From contig CM060734.1 in NCBI GenBank assembly GCA_030704615.1, positions 60,636,001-60,700,000 on the forward strand: 64,000 nt of DNA. Direction: 5' to 3'. The notes under the pieces are model-generated. The model was given only the letters and a program-made list of their open reading frames with translations. It was not told where the DNA came from and made no database searches. This DNA is from Takakia lepidozioides (taxonomy: Eukaryota; Plantae; Bryophyta). This document shows positions 25,186 through 37,590 of the stretch, piece by piece. Position 1 is the stretch's first letter, and every line of letters begins with the position of its first letter. Both the position numbers and the translations under genes were made by a program.

Positions 25186-26884
25186 ATTGAATTGCCAGGT
25201 ATGATTCACATGTATCATTAGATTTCTATGGCAATTTAGCTAAGATTGTATGCATAGTTTGAGTATTTAGTTATCTTTTCTTCACATTGTATCCACGCAT
25301 GTTGTCGACCCTCCCTGATCGAGCATGAGTTGCAGGTCCCAGCACCTCGAGTTCGTATCTGAACAGTAATGTCAATTGTGGGGGGAGGCAGCCAGCTGGT
25401 GTGGGACTCCAAGATCAGGGATCCTCTGGAGTTCTGTGTTTCTTGGACAGTGGAGCAACAGTGTTGGAATAAGACTTTCAGTCCAGTCATGCAGTACCTG
25501 AGATTGAAAGCTTGAGGAAGTAGTTCCATGGGGGTCACTTGGCAAGTGGGGGGTTCTGGCTTTGACATATGTTTCACCCAGTAGTAGTTCGGGTTTAAAT
25601 ATAGCTAGAGTTTCATGATCAGGGATGATGTCTCCCTTGTGTGTGCCTATGGCTCATATAAAAGGGGGTTTCAATTCCCTCCTCTTGAAAATGCCCAATT
25701 GTGAGTATTAACAGTCCCAGAGTGTGAGTACTTGCAGGAGTGAAGTGTGGCAGGTCCTGAGTGGCGGAGTGGCGGGTCCAGTGATGCAAGGGAGAAAGCT
25801 GACCACCTTCACAGCAGGCACAATGCATTGGTACCCCAACACCACAGGTCAAAATGGATTTCCATAGTGGCCATGAACTCTAGTGCCAATCCTATGTACC
25901 ATGCCGGCCGATGTGAGCCACCGATATCTGTAAACCCGCAAAAATTAACACATGGAAGCATGGAAGCAGGTTGTTTCTATCCTGAAGTGCAATCTCGGCC
26001 TACATCTGGGAAGTTGGCCCTAAGTTGATGTGGTTGTCGGGCAACATGTTGGCGAGTTAGTCAGCTTGAGGGGACATGGTGGAGTGTTTGTGGAGAGGAT
26101 GGGGGTACAACTGGAGTTGGTGCCGGAAAGTGAAGGGAGCGATAGTGCAGACTCTGACCACTGCTGGCATGAATCTCAAGAAAGTCATCATTTAGGCAGT
26201 GTCCAGGAAAGCTCTCATCAGGCAATCGACAATGAATTGCTTTGCAGTGCAAATCACCTAGGCTCACGGATTGTTGACTATTTGACCATTGTTTTGTGTT
26301 CTTTTCAAGGGAATTTTGCATTGTCCGGCATTGGCATGCACATGGTCATTTTCATCATTCTTCTGACTACCTCTCACCTGCATATCCTTTGGCAGGGAAT
26401 TCCTGACATACACTAGACACTACCTAATAGACAGTAATTGGACCCATAACTAGGACTTCTTTCTAAGAGAGCAAATGTTGCGGGTGCAGTTGGCAGCAAG
26501 CAACTTCTTATGGGGACTGTTGTTTCTTAGTGCACCAACAAAATTTAATAAAATAATCACCAGCTTTGTGGGGTGTCGTATCAGGTTGTCTTTTGTTGTG
26601 CAAGCCAGACTCTGGCTTACCACTTCAGTGCAGGGCGGGGTGGTCATATCGTTGATGGCCCTTAAACAAGCTGAGCCTGATGTATCTTGTATCTTCCACC
26701 CATTTTACAGTGACAAAACTAACATTTTTACATGTGAAAACTCTGATCATTTATTGCAATTGCAATTTTACCATCACCACCGACAAATCAGGCAGTGTCT
26801 CAAATTCGCTACTGCACTTCTCAGATAATTGTGAGCCTACATTCTGCAGCTAATGACAGCTAAAAGACTGGGCTACACATGGCT

Positions 26885-28587
26885 GCTATGCAGCCAAGTT
26901 GACGGTGAGTGACACATACAGGTAGCCATCGGTGTTGCCACCAATAAGGCCCACCATACCATCATCAACATTGGATTTCCGAAATGCGCTGCGATCCCAC
27001 CTCAGTACATCAACCTTATCAGAGTTAAAATGAAATAACCGCATCCTCCCAAAAACAGCTCTACAATACTTCTACAGTTTCCGATCCTTGTGTCTCCTAT
27101 CATCTAGGTATTTTTCTGTTGGAGTTTGATATTCCATCCACACATTATGGCGCCAGCATTAATGCTTATCACGCAGTGTCAGGATTGCAGGCATTTGATA
27201 TACTTGGAAAAAAGCAAGTGAAACCAGCAAAGATTTAAGTCTGGTAACAACAAAGCTCAGAACTGCAACAAAGGCCACCGTGCCTGTTAGCCCCAACGGA
27301 GAGATTGTCCAGCACAGCACTTACTCTCTTTTCACTTTTTACACTCGGTGCCAAGACAGCTGCTTGGAGGAGAACTTGTGAGTAGAGTTAAGATCTGTCT
27401 AAGAGGAAAGTGCAATCACAGTGAAGGTACAATAACACAAACAGAACACAAACAGTGTAACACCACCAACAAACACCACAAACAGTGTAAATGCTCCAGA
27501 CTAACAATGTCCTCAGCTTTTACCGAGCTTGACATATCCCTTGCCATGCTGTCCATTCCACCCGTCAGTTCAAGATTGCTTGCCTCTTGTATCAACAGCC
27601 CACAACAGCACAATAGAGAAAAGAAATTGAAGTGGGAAACAAGGAAGTCAACTTTTTCCTTCGAGATTCCCAAAGAGTACTTGTGCACCTGCCACCTTGC
27701 TTTCAAAGAATGGTAGTCAATTGAGTCTTCACATTGCTGTAGTCCGATACTCTGACCTGCACCCACACAGGTATAGCTTCCCTGTGACTCTTAAACAACA
27801 AAAGAGGTCGGAGTACTTCAGGGTTTCATGCAGTCCAGCATCTAACTGCTGGAGTATCTGTTTAACCGTTAAATCAAAATAGGTCTATTATTCGGTAGAT
27901 TTATTCCTACAACTCGAGTTTACATGCTTGTTACGAGAAACTGGCTGCACGGCCTGCTTTTCTCTTACCTAAAGTAAATTCACATTTTAGAGATCTCAAG
28001 CTTACTGGTATTCCTGTAGTTATTTCCTTACCAGAAATGCCTTTTTCTTGAGAACTTGCATGTATGAGTATTGTCATTGGAGCTGGAAATTAGCCTGCAA
28101 GTGCTTCACTTGTATCACAGTTGGTATATACAAACCAATGGAGAAAACGTTTTCAATCTATCTAGAATGATTACTGCAGCCATCAAATTTAACAAGGGGG
28201 AGAGATGACAAAAGGGTAGCAAGATGCACCTTGAGATCATCTTCAATCTTAGCCACATTGGATAATATCCGCGATCTTTTAGCCTCGCAGATTCATATTA
28301 CACGGGATCAATATGCATAAAGCCAAATCTGTGCTGGGAAAAGAATAATTTACCACGATTTCCAACAAAAAGAGAAAAATCGTCAATGCTCAGAATATGT
28401 CACGCACTTTGTAGGTGGGAGTGTCGAACGCAACTTTGGAGATGCTCTGCTGCAAGCTGCTCCATGTCGCCGACACCGACTCCTGCAGGGGCAAAGATAT
28501 CAGAAAGTACCTAGACAACGCCATCACTTGCTCCTCCACTTGTCCCTCTTCCTTCACGATCGTTGCAAGCACCGCAAGCTCCCGCAT
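26885..28587 (-). pseudogene. Multi-exon gene remnant of unknown product
   Basis: Series of AG...GT-bounded exon-like blocks (MRELAVLATIVKEE...TYK; AKRSRILSNVAKIEDDLK; ANFQLQ*QYSYMQVLKKKAFL; ILQQLDAGLHETLKY; RMRLFHFNSDKVDVLRWDRSAF) with in-frame stops. No family recognised. Confidence 0.3.
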
Positions 28588-28694
28588 TCCAGCACCTCTC
28601 GCGCGGTTTTTTGTGCTTCTGCGCTGTGCTGTGTTTTGCGAGTCCAGGAAGACGACCCCCTGACCGTCGATCTAAAATTCTAACGGTCCATATC

Positions 28695-29147
28695 ATGCCA
28701 CGTGAGCTTGTGCTCATCTACTCTGCCACAAAAGCTGTTCAAGTAGAATGCCATCCATGTGGCATGGATGTACATGATAATCGGACTGTAGAAGGTCGCT
28801 CCACACAATGGCTGGATCTGGCATCCGAAGCCACAGCGCAAGCCATCTGGAAGGGGTTTAGAACACAAGGAGCTTCAATTCTTCGGTAAGGAAAATGCCC
28901 AACATTAGAGATCGTGCTTCATCCGTGCAACATGTTTCGTTTGTCGTTAAACTCTAATGGCCTTCCAGAGGCAAGCGCGGAGTGTACCATAACCTTGCTC
29001 CTAATGTAGGGTTAAGAACAATGCGGAAGGACGGACTCAACAGGGACTCTTTTGACACCGGTGGGGTTGTGAGCAGGCTGTGTAAGGATGGAGAATTGAA
29101 GGAAGCAGTACGAATTTTGGATCAGATGGTGCATCGAGGGTTTGGCT
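28695..29147 (+). pseudogene. 5' fragment of a PLS-PPR gene (transit-peptide region plus first motif)
   Basis: [24 protein letters not shown] is a typical first motif of PLS-class PPR proteins; it ends abruptly at the opposite-strand DYW domain. Confidence 0.65.
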
Positions 29148-31950
29148 ATCCCCACAAGAACACACCCCATTCCTGAAGTGATGAAAGCGGTTGGCATCCC
29201 TTGCAACAATTTCTCGCCCGACAATCTTGGAGATAACTTTGGTAGCATCGTGGCAGTCACCACACACCCGAAGGTTCTTCACAATGCGGACAGGAGTCCC
29301 CGCCGGTGTGCTAATGAGCCCAAAAGCAATAGCTAGCTTTTCACTGACACAGAGCCTGTTCCTTTATCTGTTGATACACGTCATGCAAGACAAAGCGTGT
29401 GTCTGGCATGTATCCTGCCTCCTTCATCAGCCTAGTCAGTCTCTCCAACTCAGCATAGATCTCATCAGATTGCGGGTGGGATCTATCTTCTGCAAAAAAT
29501 GTATGTACCCTATTCTTCACCTCAATCCAGCTGCGTCCGGGTTCCTTTTTCACACTTCTGTCCTGCAGCACTTTCCTCACTTTTGCCTCACCTACCAGCC
29601 ACAGAATGAATGTGTGAAAGCAGCACGGACACTCCAGCATTTTGGGGTTCTGACTTCAGGATATTCTCCGCAGCCCATTCTGCTAGCTCCACATCGCCAT
29701 GGACTCTGCCGGCACTAAGCACAGCCCCCCACACAGGAGCTTCTGGTTCAAATGGCATTTGATCAAGTCCTCTGCATCATCCAGGCGCCCTGCACGGCCA
29801 AGAAGGTCCACCATACAGCCATAGTGCTTTCCACATGGTGTGATACCATGATCTTGTCTCATGGTAAGGAAGTAATGCTGACCTTCATCCACTAGGCCCA
29901 CATGGCTACATGCAGAGAGAACACCAATGAATGAGACCTCGTCTGGCTTCACCCCTTCCTGTTGCCTCTTTTCAAAGAGTTGGAGGGCCTCATCACCACA
30001 CCCATTCTGGGCATATCCCGTAATCATTGCATTCCAAGAGACCAAGTCTCTCCAGAAGTTCTATCAAACACCTCCCATGCATCCACTACACTCCCGCACT
30101 TGGCATACATGTCAACGAGTGCATTCCAGACAGTGACACTAAGATTTTATGATGTGAGGATGGACCCATTTGCCCTCTTCCAGGGCTGCTATGCTGGCAC
30201 ATGCATTGAGGATGCTGATAAAACTGACCTTGTCAGGCTTCACGCCTTCTTGTTGCATTTGCCGAAAGAACTCTGATGCCTCTGTACCATGCCCTTCCTG
30301 AGCAAGTCCCCCAAAATGATCGCAGTCCATGATACCACATCTCGTTCAGGCATTTTGATGAACTCGTGCATCCAACACACTACCACATTTCACATACATG
30401 TTCACAATGGCAGTCCCTACTCGGACATCTGACTCAAGTACAGCTTTGATGATGGCCAAATGGAGCCGCTTGCCATCTTCCAGAGCTGCTGGACTGGCAC
30501 ATGCATTGAGGATAATAACAAAAGTGACCTTGTCGGCCCTCATGCCTTCCTTTTGCATCTGTCGAAAGAGTTCGAAAGCCTCTGCATCATGACCATGCTG
30601 CAGAGCTGGCGCATGCATTGAGGAGGCTCATAAAAGTGACCTTGTCAGCCTTGAGCCCTTCTCTTTTCACCTGCCGAAATAATTAAAAAGCCTCATCACC
30701 ATGACCCTGCTGAGCAGATCCTGCAATGATCGCAGTCCATGAGATCACATTTTGATTAGAAATTTTGTAAAGAACTCGACGCCATCAATCACACTCCCAC
30801 ATTTGCAATACATGTCACAAGGGCAGTTCCCACTCGGGCATCTGACTCATATCCACCTTTGATGATGCCCACATGGAGCCTTTTGCCCTGTTGCAGAGCA
30901 GCTGGGCTAGCACATGTTGTGAGGATGCTAATAAAGCTAACCTTGGCTGGCTTCATCCCTTCTCCTTGCATTAGCTGGAACAAATCCAAAGCTTCTTCAT
31001 GGTGACCATGCTGGGCATTTCCTGCAATCATCACATTCCATGAGATAATATCTCGCTTCTGCATCTTGTCAAACACTTGGCGGGCATCCATCAAACTTCC
31101 GCACTTGCAATACATGCTGACAACAGCAGTTGCCACTCGGTCATCTGATTCAAATCCAGCTTTGATGATGCCCTCACGGAGCAGGTTGCCCTGTTCCAGA
31201 TCCGCTGGGCTTGCACACGCCCTAAGAATGCTCATGATCGTGATCTTGTTTGGCTTCACCCCTTCTCCTTGCATTTGCTGAAAGAGTTCATTGGCCTCTT
31301 CTCCATGTCCATGCTGAGCTAATCCTGCAATCATTGCAGTCCAGGAGACCACATCTCGATCAGGCATTTTCTCAAACACTTGCCGCGCATCCATCAAACT
31401 CCTGCACTTCACATACATGCTGATAAGGGCATTCCCCACTCGGACATCTGACTCAAATCCAGATTCTATGATGTGGGCATGGAAGACGTCATGCCTTCTC
31501 GTTGCATTTGCTGGAAGACGTCCCTCTGCACTATGCCCTTCCTGAGCAAGTCATGCAATCATGACAGTCCAGGACACTGCATTTCGTTCCGGTATTCTCG
31601 AAAACACTTGGCGCGCATCCACTACACTCCCACATTTGCAGTACATGCCTACAAGGGTCCCCAATCGAACATCTGACTCAAACCCAGCTCGAACGATGCT
31701 CGCATGGAGCTGCTTGCCTTCTTCCAGGGCAGCCGGGTTGGCACATGCCGTGATGATGCTAATGAAAGTGACCTTGTCAGGCTTCACTCCTTGTTCCATT
31801 TGCCGGAATAGTTCAAATGCATGTGAACCATGCCCGTCCTGAGCAAGTCTTGCAATCATGGCAGTCCATGAGCCCACATTCCGTTCAGGCATGTTGTCAA
31901 ACACTTGCCGCGCATCCACAACATCCCTGCACTTCACATACATGCTGAGA
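29148..31950 (-). pseudogene. PLS-class PPR RNA-editing factor with E/E+/DYW (PG-box type), multiply frameshifted
   Basis: Repeated P-L-S motifs (MYVKC...DARQVF..MP.RDVVSWTAMI; GVKPDKVTFISIL.AC); KKEPGRSWIEV PG box; [10 protein letters not shown]...[12 protein letters not shown]. The HSE motif is frameshifted at about 29345, the terminal YW is missing and the 5' end is missing. Confidence 0.93.
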
Positions 31951-31964
31951 CCTTTATAAGGGTC

Positions 31965-31966
<2 letters not shown>

Positions 31967-32027
<61 letters not shown>
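31967..32027. repeat. (TC)n microsatellite, about 30 units
   Basis: Direct observation. Confidence 0.95.
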
Positions 32028-32033
<6 letters not shown>

Positions 32034-32750
32034 ATTGTGATGCAACCATCAATCTGGTGCAAGTTGTGTTGATGTTCCTCAACATCTGCTGGATTGCTAT
32101 CCTTTCTGTGTGGTTTCACCACATGTGCCTGCAGAGGTCTTTGTCTGCACTCCCTATTGTTTCTTGTATCCTACGGACCAGCACGTCTAACTGAAACATG
32201 TATGGAATCATTGTTGTGCATTGTAAGAGTCTGCAAATTTTCGGCTCATCTTCCCCGTAGGACTTGTCTCGCCTCTGCAACAAGGGTTGCCCTTCACCCG
32301 CTTTCTCTTGCTTTCTCGTTCACGTATTGTATATCTGCCTCTTATTTTCAGATGTGAGAATGCGTTTCTTTTGCTTTGATTTCTATCCTTGCCATGCCCA
32401 GCCTACTCGGCAAGTGCAAGTCACCCGATCTCTCAGGTTTGGTTTATATCCTGCAGTTGCTGCAAGACCGTCTGCAGGAATTCTCAATGAGTGAATTGAA
32501 GTAAAGTTATCTTGTGTATGGGCTGAGGAGTGGCTCTAACTGTTGAGGCAAGACAAAACTAAAAGAAATGAAACATGGCTGTTTTGTAGAGAGAGACTTT
32601 GCAACGCCTCGCATGTTTAGATAATAGGGTCTTCAATGGGCACGTGCCATGTGGCCGGTGGGCCCCGTGCACGGACGCCCCCCTCCCCAGCACCCTACCT
32701 GCACCCGTCCACGCACGGCCAGAACCCCCCCTGTCAATTTTTACCACTAG

Positions 32751-35677
32751 TGTGAAACTAGCTAGGAAATAGCTAGCTTTTACATATTGACATTTGGATT
32801 GGCCCAAGTGTCAATCCAGGGGTCAAGGCAGATTTAGGCCCTGGAGTGGTTATCTTCACGGCAAGCGCGGGAGGCTCATCTTTCTCGAGTTGAGCCTCAC
32901 CGCGCCTAGCTATGGCGGCGCCGTAGCGTGGATTCCCCATGGCGTGGGGTGCACTGGCTTGACTTGTATTTTGAGTGATGAGGTTTATTATGCATGAGTT
33001 TATGCTTCAGCTTTGTGAGCTCGCATGAGCTTGTGCTTGTATTCTTCTTCTTTATCACTCGAGAAATGAGCTCGTATCTGTGAGTGCCAGATACGAGTTA
33101 GGTAGCACTTGTGGTTTTTGCTTGAGATTGAGAGAAACCAAGTTGTTATGCAAGGAGCACCATGGAGCTCTTGGTTGTTAGACAGCGGAGGCGATGTGGA
33201 TTACGAGGTGGTAGACCTTGGCATTCGATCTTCAGCTTCAGAGATGAAAGCACCATGCTGCAGGTAATTCCAGAGCACCTGATGGTTTCAGATTGTGTAC
33301 ATGCATGAGCAAGCACGATTGGGAAGAGGACCATTCAAGAGCAGGTTATAGTGGCTTTGGTGGCAAAGCTGAGAACTGGACTTGGGAATGCGAGCTGTCA
33401 TTGTGTGAAGGATTGCAAGACCAAGCGAAAGGGCTGATTTGGCTGGGGCAAATCAGTGCACTTTGTGGAGTATGGTGAGATTGGGTTTCAATCTCGAGCT
33501 TCAGTATTTGGAGGGCCCCTTGTCCATGGCAAAATCAGGGCTGGAAACAGGAGCTAAGAGGTGCGCAAGGCCATGGAATGTGCACCTAGGGTTTTCAGAG
33601 CTTGGAAGAAGAGCTCTTGCACCACAAGAAGAAGTGTCTTGTGGCTGGAAATGTAAGCTTAGGGTTTCAGGAGCTTGGCAAGGCTGTGGAGTTCTTAGTC
33701 TTGTCTTAGAGAGCATCAAGGAGCCAAGGAGCCAAGATAGGGGTGCTGATATCTCTTGTGTGAAGAGGTTGCATGTGTGGAGCATGTATTCAGCTCATTG
33801 AAGCTTCATCTTCAAGCTTGGAGGGCAAGCAAGGAAGAGGGAAGGGCTGACTTCCCTTATGTGAGGGCAATGTATGGTGTGAGCATGCTATCAGCCCCTG
33901 GTGAAGGCTTGCACTTTTAGGTGTGGGAGTGCAAGAAAGGAAGAATGGCTGGTTTCCTCCTTGTAGGGCATGTAGAGCATGCTTTCAGCCTGCTGAAGCT
34001 TGTATTATCGGTTTGTGGGTGCAAGAAATGAAGCCAAAAAGGAGCTGATTCTCTATGGTGAGAGTGGGCATGTGTGGAGCATGCCTTCAGCCCATTGAGG
34101 CTCTTGTTTTCCAAGCCTTAAGAGCTAGAACGGAGGCTATGGCTGGTTTCCCACCTTGAGTGAAAGAACAGCACTTGTAGGGGCCTATGTGAGTTGGGGT
34201 TTTCACTTCAAGCTTGAAGGGAGCGCAACTCTTGAGCACAGGTGTAGAGGGCTGAATAGGCTCAAGACAGATGCTATGGCCAATGAGGGGAGTGCTTGAA
34301 TGATGGCTCACAAGGGCTGAGACCAGCAGCTTGGTTGTTTGCCATTGAGTTTAGTGGCGTGTTTGGGGAGGCTAAGTGAGAAAGAAGGCTTGGTTTGGTG
34401 TGGCAACCACCTCGATGCTTAGGGCTACTATGGTGGTGTGTGGGAGCCGAAGAGCAAGGATACCTGCGATTTCTCACACCGACCATAGCTCAGTGGAAAG
34501 AAGCCTAGAGTCCAAGAGACACAAACCCTAGCTTGGCGTGGCTAAACCCCCTTGGGTGAGAAATGGCTAAAAACTGCCAGAGCGGCCATTGTGTGGCTTG
34601 ATCAGGCCGTGGGCAGCTGTGACGGCTGTGCAAGCTGTGACAGCGTGTGATTGGGCTGTGATGGCGGTGGACAGGCTGTGCCCAGTGGCCCTGTGGGGCT
34701 GGTGACGGGCTGTGTCAAGGCTTTGGCGAGCTGTGCCTGGCTGTTCGGGCTGTGACAGGCTGTGGCCTGAGGCCCTGTGGGGCTGTGAACGGGCCTGTGG
34801 ACGGGTTGTGCCCAGTGCCTGTGGGGCTGTGACGGGCTGTGACAGGCGTGGCAACTGTGACAGGCTGTGATGGCTGTGATGGCTGTGACCGGCTGTGCCC
34901 TGGTCCCTGTGGGCTGGACTGCCACCTTTGTGTCAGGCTGTGACAGGCTGTGCCCAGTGGCCTTTGGGCGGTGACGGGCTTGTACAAGCCGTGCCTGAGG
35001 CCTTTGGGGCTGTGACGGGCTGAGGGCTTTGACATGGCTGTGCCCTGGGCCCTGGGGGCTGTGACGGGCTGTGTCATCAGGCTGTTGCGAGCTGTGACGG
35101 GCTGTGACGGGCCTGTGCCGCAGTGGCCGTGGGGCTGTGACAGGCTGTGGCAATCTGTGACCTCGCTGTGATGGCCTGTGACTGGCGTGACAGGCTGTGC
35201 CCTGTGCCCTGTGGGGCTGTGACGGGCTTTGTCAGGCTGTGCACCGCTGTGCCCAGGGCCTTGGCTGTGACGGGCTGTGCGGGGCTGTGACAGGCTTTGC
35301 CATGAGGCCTATGGGGCTGTGACGGGCTGTGACAGGCTTGTGGGCGAGCTGTGACAGGCTGTGCCCCATGCCTTTGGGGCTGTGATGTGGCTCGTGAGGG
35401 GTGTGACAGGCCGTGCCTGAGGCCTTTGAGGCTGTGACGGGCTGTGAGGGGCTGTGACAGCCGTGCCCATGGCCTTTGGGTCTGTGACGGGCTGTGAGGG
35501 GCTGTGACTAGGCCGTGCCTGGGGCCTTTGGTCTGTGACGGGCTTTGAGGGGCTGTGACAGGCCGTGCCCATGGCCTTGGGGCTGTGACGGGCTGTGAGG
35601 GGCTGTGACCGACCATGCCTGAGGTCCTTTGAGGCTGTGAGGGGCGTGAGGGGCTGTGACAAGCTGTGACAGGCTGT
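32751..35677 (+). mobile_element. Probable LTR-retrotransposon LTR/5' region running into the gap
   Basis: Begins with TG; non-coding; shares the block ggaggctcatctttctcgagttgagc with the reverse complement of the segment at 36178-36477; ends in a tandem-repeat tract. Confidence 0.4.
34600..35677. repeat. Degenerate GC-rich minisatellite built on (GG)GCTGTGAC(A/G)GG, with roughly 50-bp higher-order units
   Basis: Dozens of ggctgtgac copies up to the gap. Confidence 0.95.
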
Positions 35678-36177
35678 NNNNNNNNNNNNNNNNNNNNNNN
35701 NNNNNNNNNNNNNNNNNNNNNNNNNNNNNNNNNNNNNNNNNNNNNNNNNNNNNNNNNNNNNNNNNNNNNNNNNNNNNNNNNNNNNNNNNNNNNNNNNNNN
35801 NNNNNNNNNNNNNNNNNNNNNNNNNNNNNNNNNNNNNNNNNNNNNNNNNNNNNNNNNNNNNNNNNNNNNNNNNNNNNNNNNNNNNNNNNNNNNNNNNNNN
35901 NNNNNNNNNNNNNNNNNNNNNNNNNNNNNNNNNNNNNNNNNNNNNNNNNNNNNNNNNNNNNNNNNNNNNNNNNNNNNNNNNNNNNNNNNNNNNNNNNNNN
36001 NNNNNNNNNNNNNNNNNNNNNNNNNNNNNNNNNNNNNNNNNNNNNNNNNNNNNNNNNNNNNNNNNNNNNNNNNNNNNNNNNNNNNNNNNNNNNNNNNNNN
36101 NNNNNNNNNNNNNNNNNNNNNNNNNNNNNNNNNNNNNNNNNNNNNNNNNNNNNNNNNNNNNNNNNNNNNNNNNNNNN
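35678..36177. other. Assembly gap (500 N)
   Basis: Run of N. Confidence 1.
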
Positions 36178-36477
36178 CAAGGGCACCCTTGCTAAGGAAA
36201 TCCACCTACAAAGCCCTCGACGGACTCCCTCTCAATACCTAGAGCTATGGAGGTGAGAGAGACTCATGGAGCTCAACTACAAGAAGATGAGCCCTCCTCA
36301 ACACTCACAAGGGGAAAATCCATCTCCATGTCCCAGGTGAGGTTTGACACCTCACTTGGCATGTGAGACCAAATGAAGTTCCAACACACAAAATACAAAT
36401 ATAAATATCCAAAATGTTCTAGTTAACTAGAAGTAGGTAATTCTAGTTAACTATGACTAAAACATGACAATCTCTCA
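36178..36477 (-). mobile_element. LTR-like terminus that truncates the repeat-protein gene
   Basis: Ends ...ctctCA at 36477 (TG on the minus strand), directly against the repeat array; related to the 32751 region. Confidence 0.4.
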
Positions 36478-37590
36478 TCGAAGCTGTGACATGGGCAAGT
36501 GGGTCTGGTAATCTGAAGTACTTTCGATGCTAAAACATCCATGTCCTCCTCCTCCGTTCGGAAGTTTTTGGTGGTGCGTGTCCAGGATTTCCCGGTGGTG
36601 GCTTCCACTATCGAAGCTGTGTTCAATAGGGGCTGTGCAGGGACGTAGGTCTGGTAATCTGAAGTCCTTCGATGCTAAACATCCATTCCCTCCTCCTCCA
36701 TTCGGAAGTTTTGGACCTTTTAGAGGTGATCCCAGTTTGTTTCCCGACTGCGACGCTCTAGGATTTCCCATTGGTGGCTTTGCAGAATATCCCAGTGGTG
36801 GCATTCCAAGATTTCCTAGTGGTGGCGTTTCAAGATTTCCCAGTGGTGGCTTTGTAGGATATCCCAGTGGTGGCGTTTCAGGATTTCCCAGTGTGCCTCC
36901 TCTAGTCGAAGCTGCGGCATGGGCAAGTGGGTCTGGTAATTTGAAGTACTTCGATGCTAAACATCCATTCTCTCCTCCTCCGTTCGGAAGAAGTTTTGGA
37001 CCTTTCGGAGGTGATCCCAGTTTGTTTCCCGACGGCGGCGGTCCAGCATTTCCCAGTGGTGACTTTGTAGGATTCCCCCGTGGTGGCGTTTCAGTATTTC
37101 CCGGTGTGCCTCCTCCAGTTGAAGCTGTAGCATGGGCAAGTGGGTCTGGTAATCTGAAGTACTTCGATGCTAAACATCCATTCCCTCCTCCTCCGTTTGG
37201 AAGTTTTGGACCTTTCGGAGGTGATCCCAGTTTGTTTCCCGGCGGCAGCGGTCCAGGATTTCCCAGTGGTGGCTTTGCAGGATATCCCAGTGGTGGCGTT
37301 CCAGGATTTCCCAGTGGTGGCGTTTCAAGATTTCCCAGTGTGCCTCCTCTAGTTGAAGCTGTGCATGGGCAGTTGGTCTGTTAATATGAAGTACTTCGAT
37401 GCTAAACATCCATTCCTTTCCTCTCTTTTCGGAAGTTTTGGACCTTTCAGAGGTGATCCCAGTTTGTTTCCCATCGGCGGCGGTCCAAGATTTCCCAGTG
37501 GTGGCTTTGTAGGATATCCCAATGGTGGCGTTCCATATTTCCCGGTGTACCTCCTCCAGATACACGTGGCATGGGCAAGTGGTCATGTTA
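36478..37590 (+). pseudogene. Gly/Pro/Phe-rich tandem-repeat protein, about 5.5 units of ~70-100 aa, 5' end missing
   Basis: Unit consensus EAVAWASGSGNLKYFDAKHPFPPPPFGSFGPFGGDPSLFP.GGGP[GFPSGGxx]n VPPPV; ORF 36527-37384; frameshifts in the first and last units. Confidence 0.7.

Noticed and set aside
29037-29640. Possible U-to-C (DYW:KP-type) editing factor because of the non-YW ending
   Set aside because: The PG box and CxxCH are canonical; the odd ending is a rearrangement breakpoint.
29145-32102. gctatcc at both ends as a target-site duplication of the PPR segment
   Set aside because: A 7-bp match can arise by chance, and the second copy lies about 150 bp beyond the PPR homology.
34567-36256. 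Long Pro/Thr/Gln-rich and X-containing ORFs
   Set aside because: Translations of the minisatellite and the N gap.
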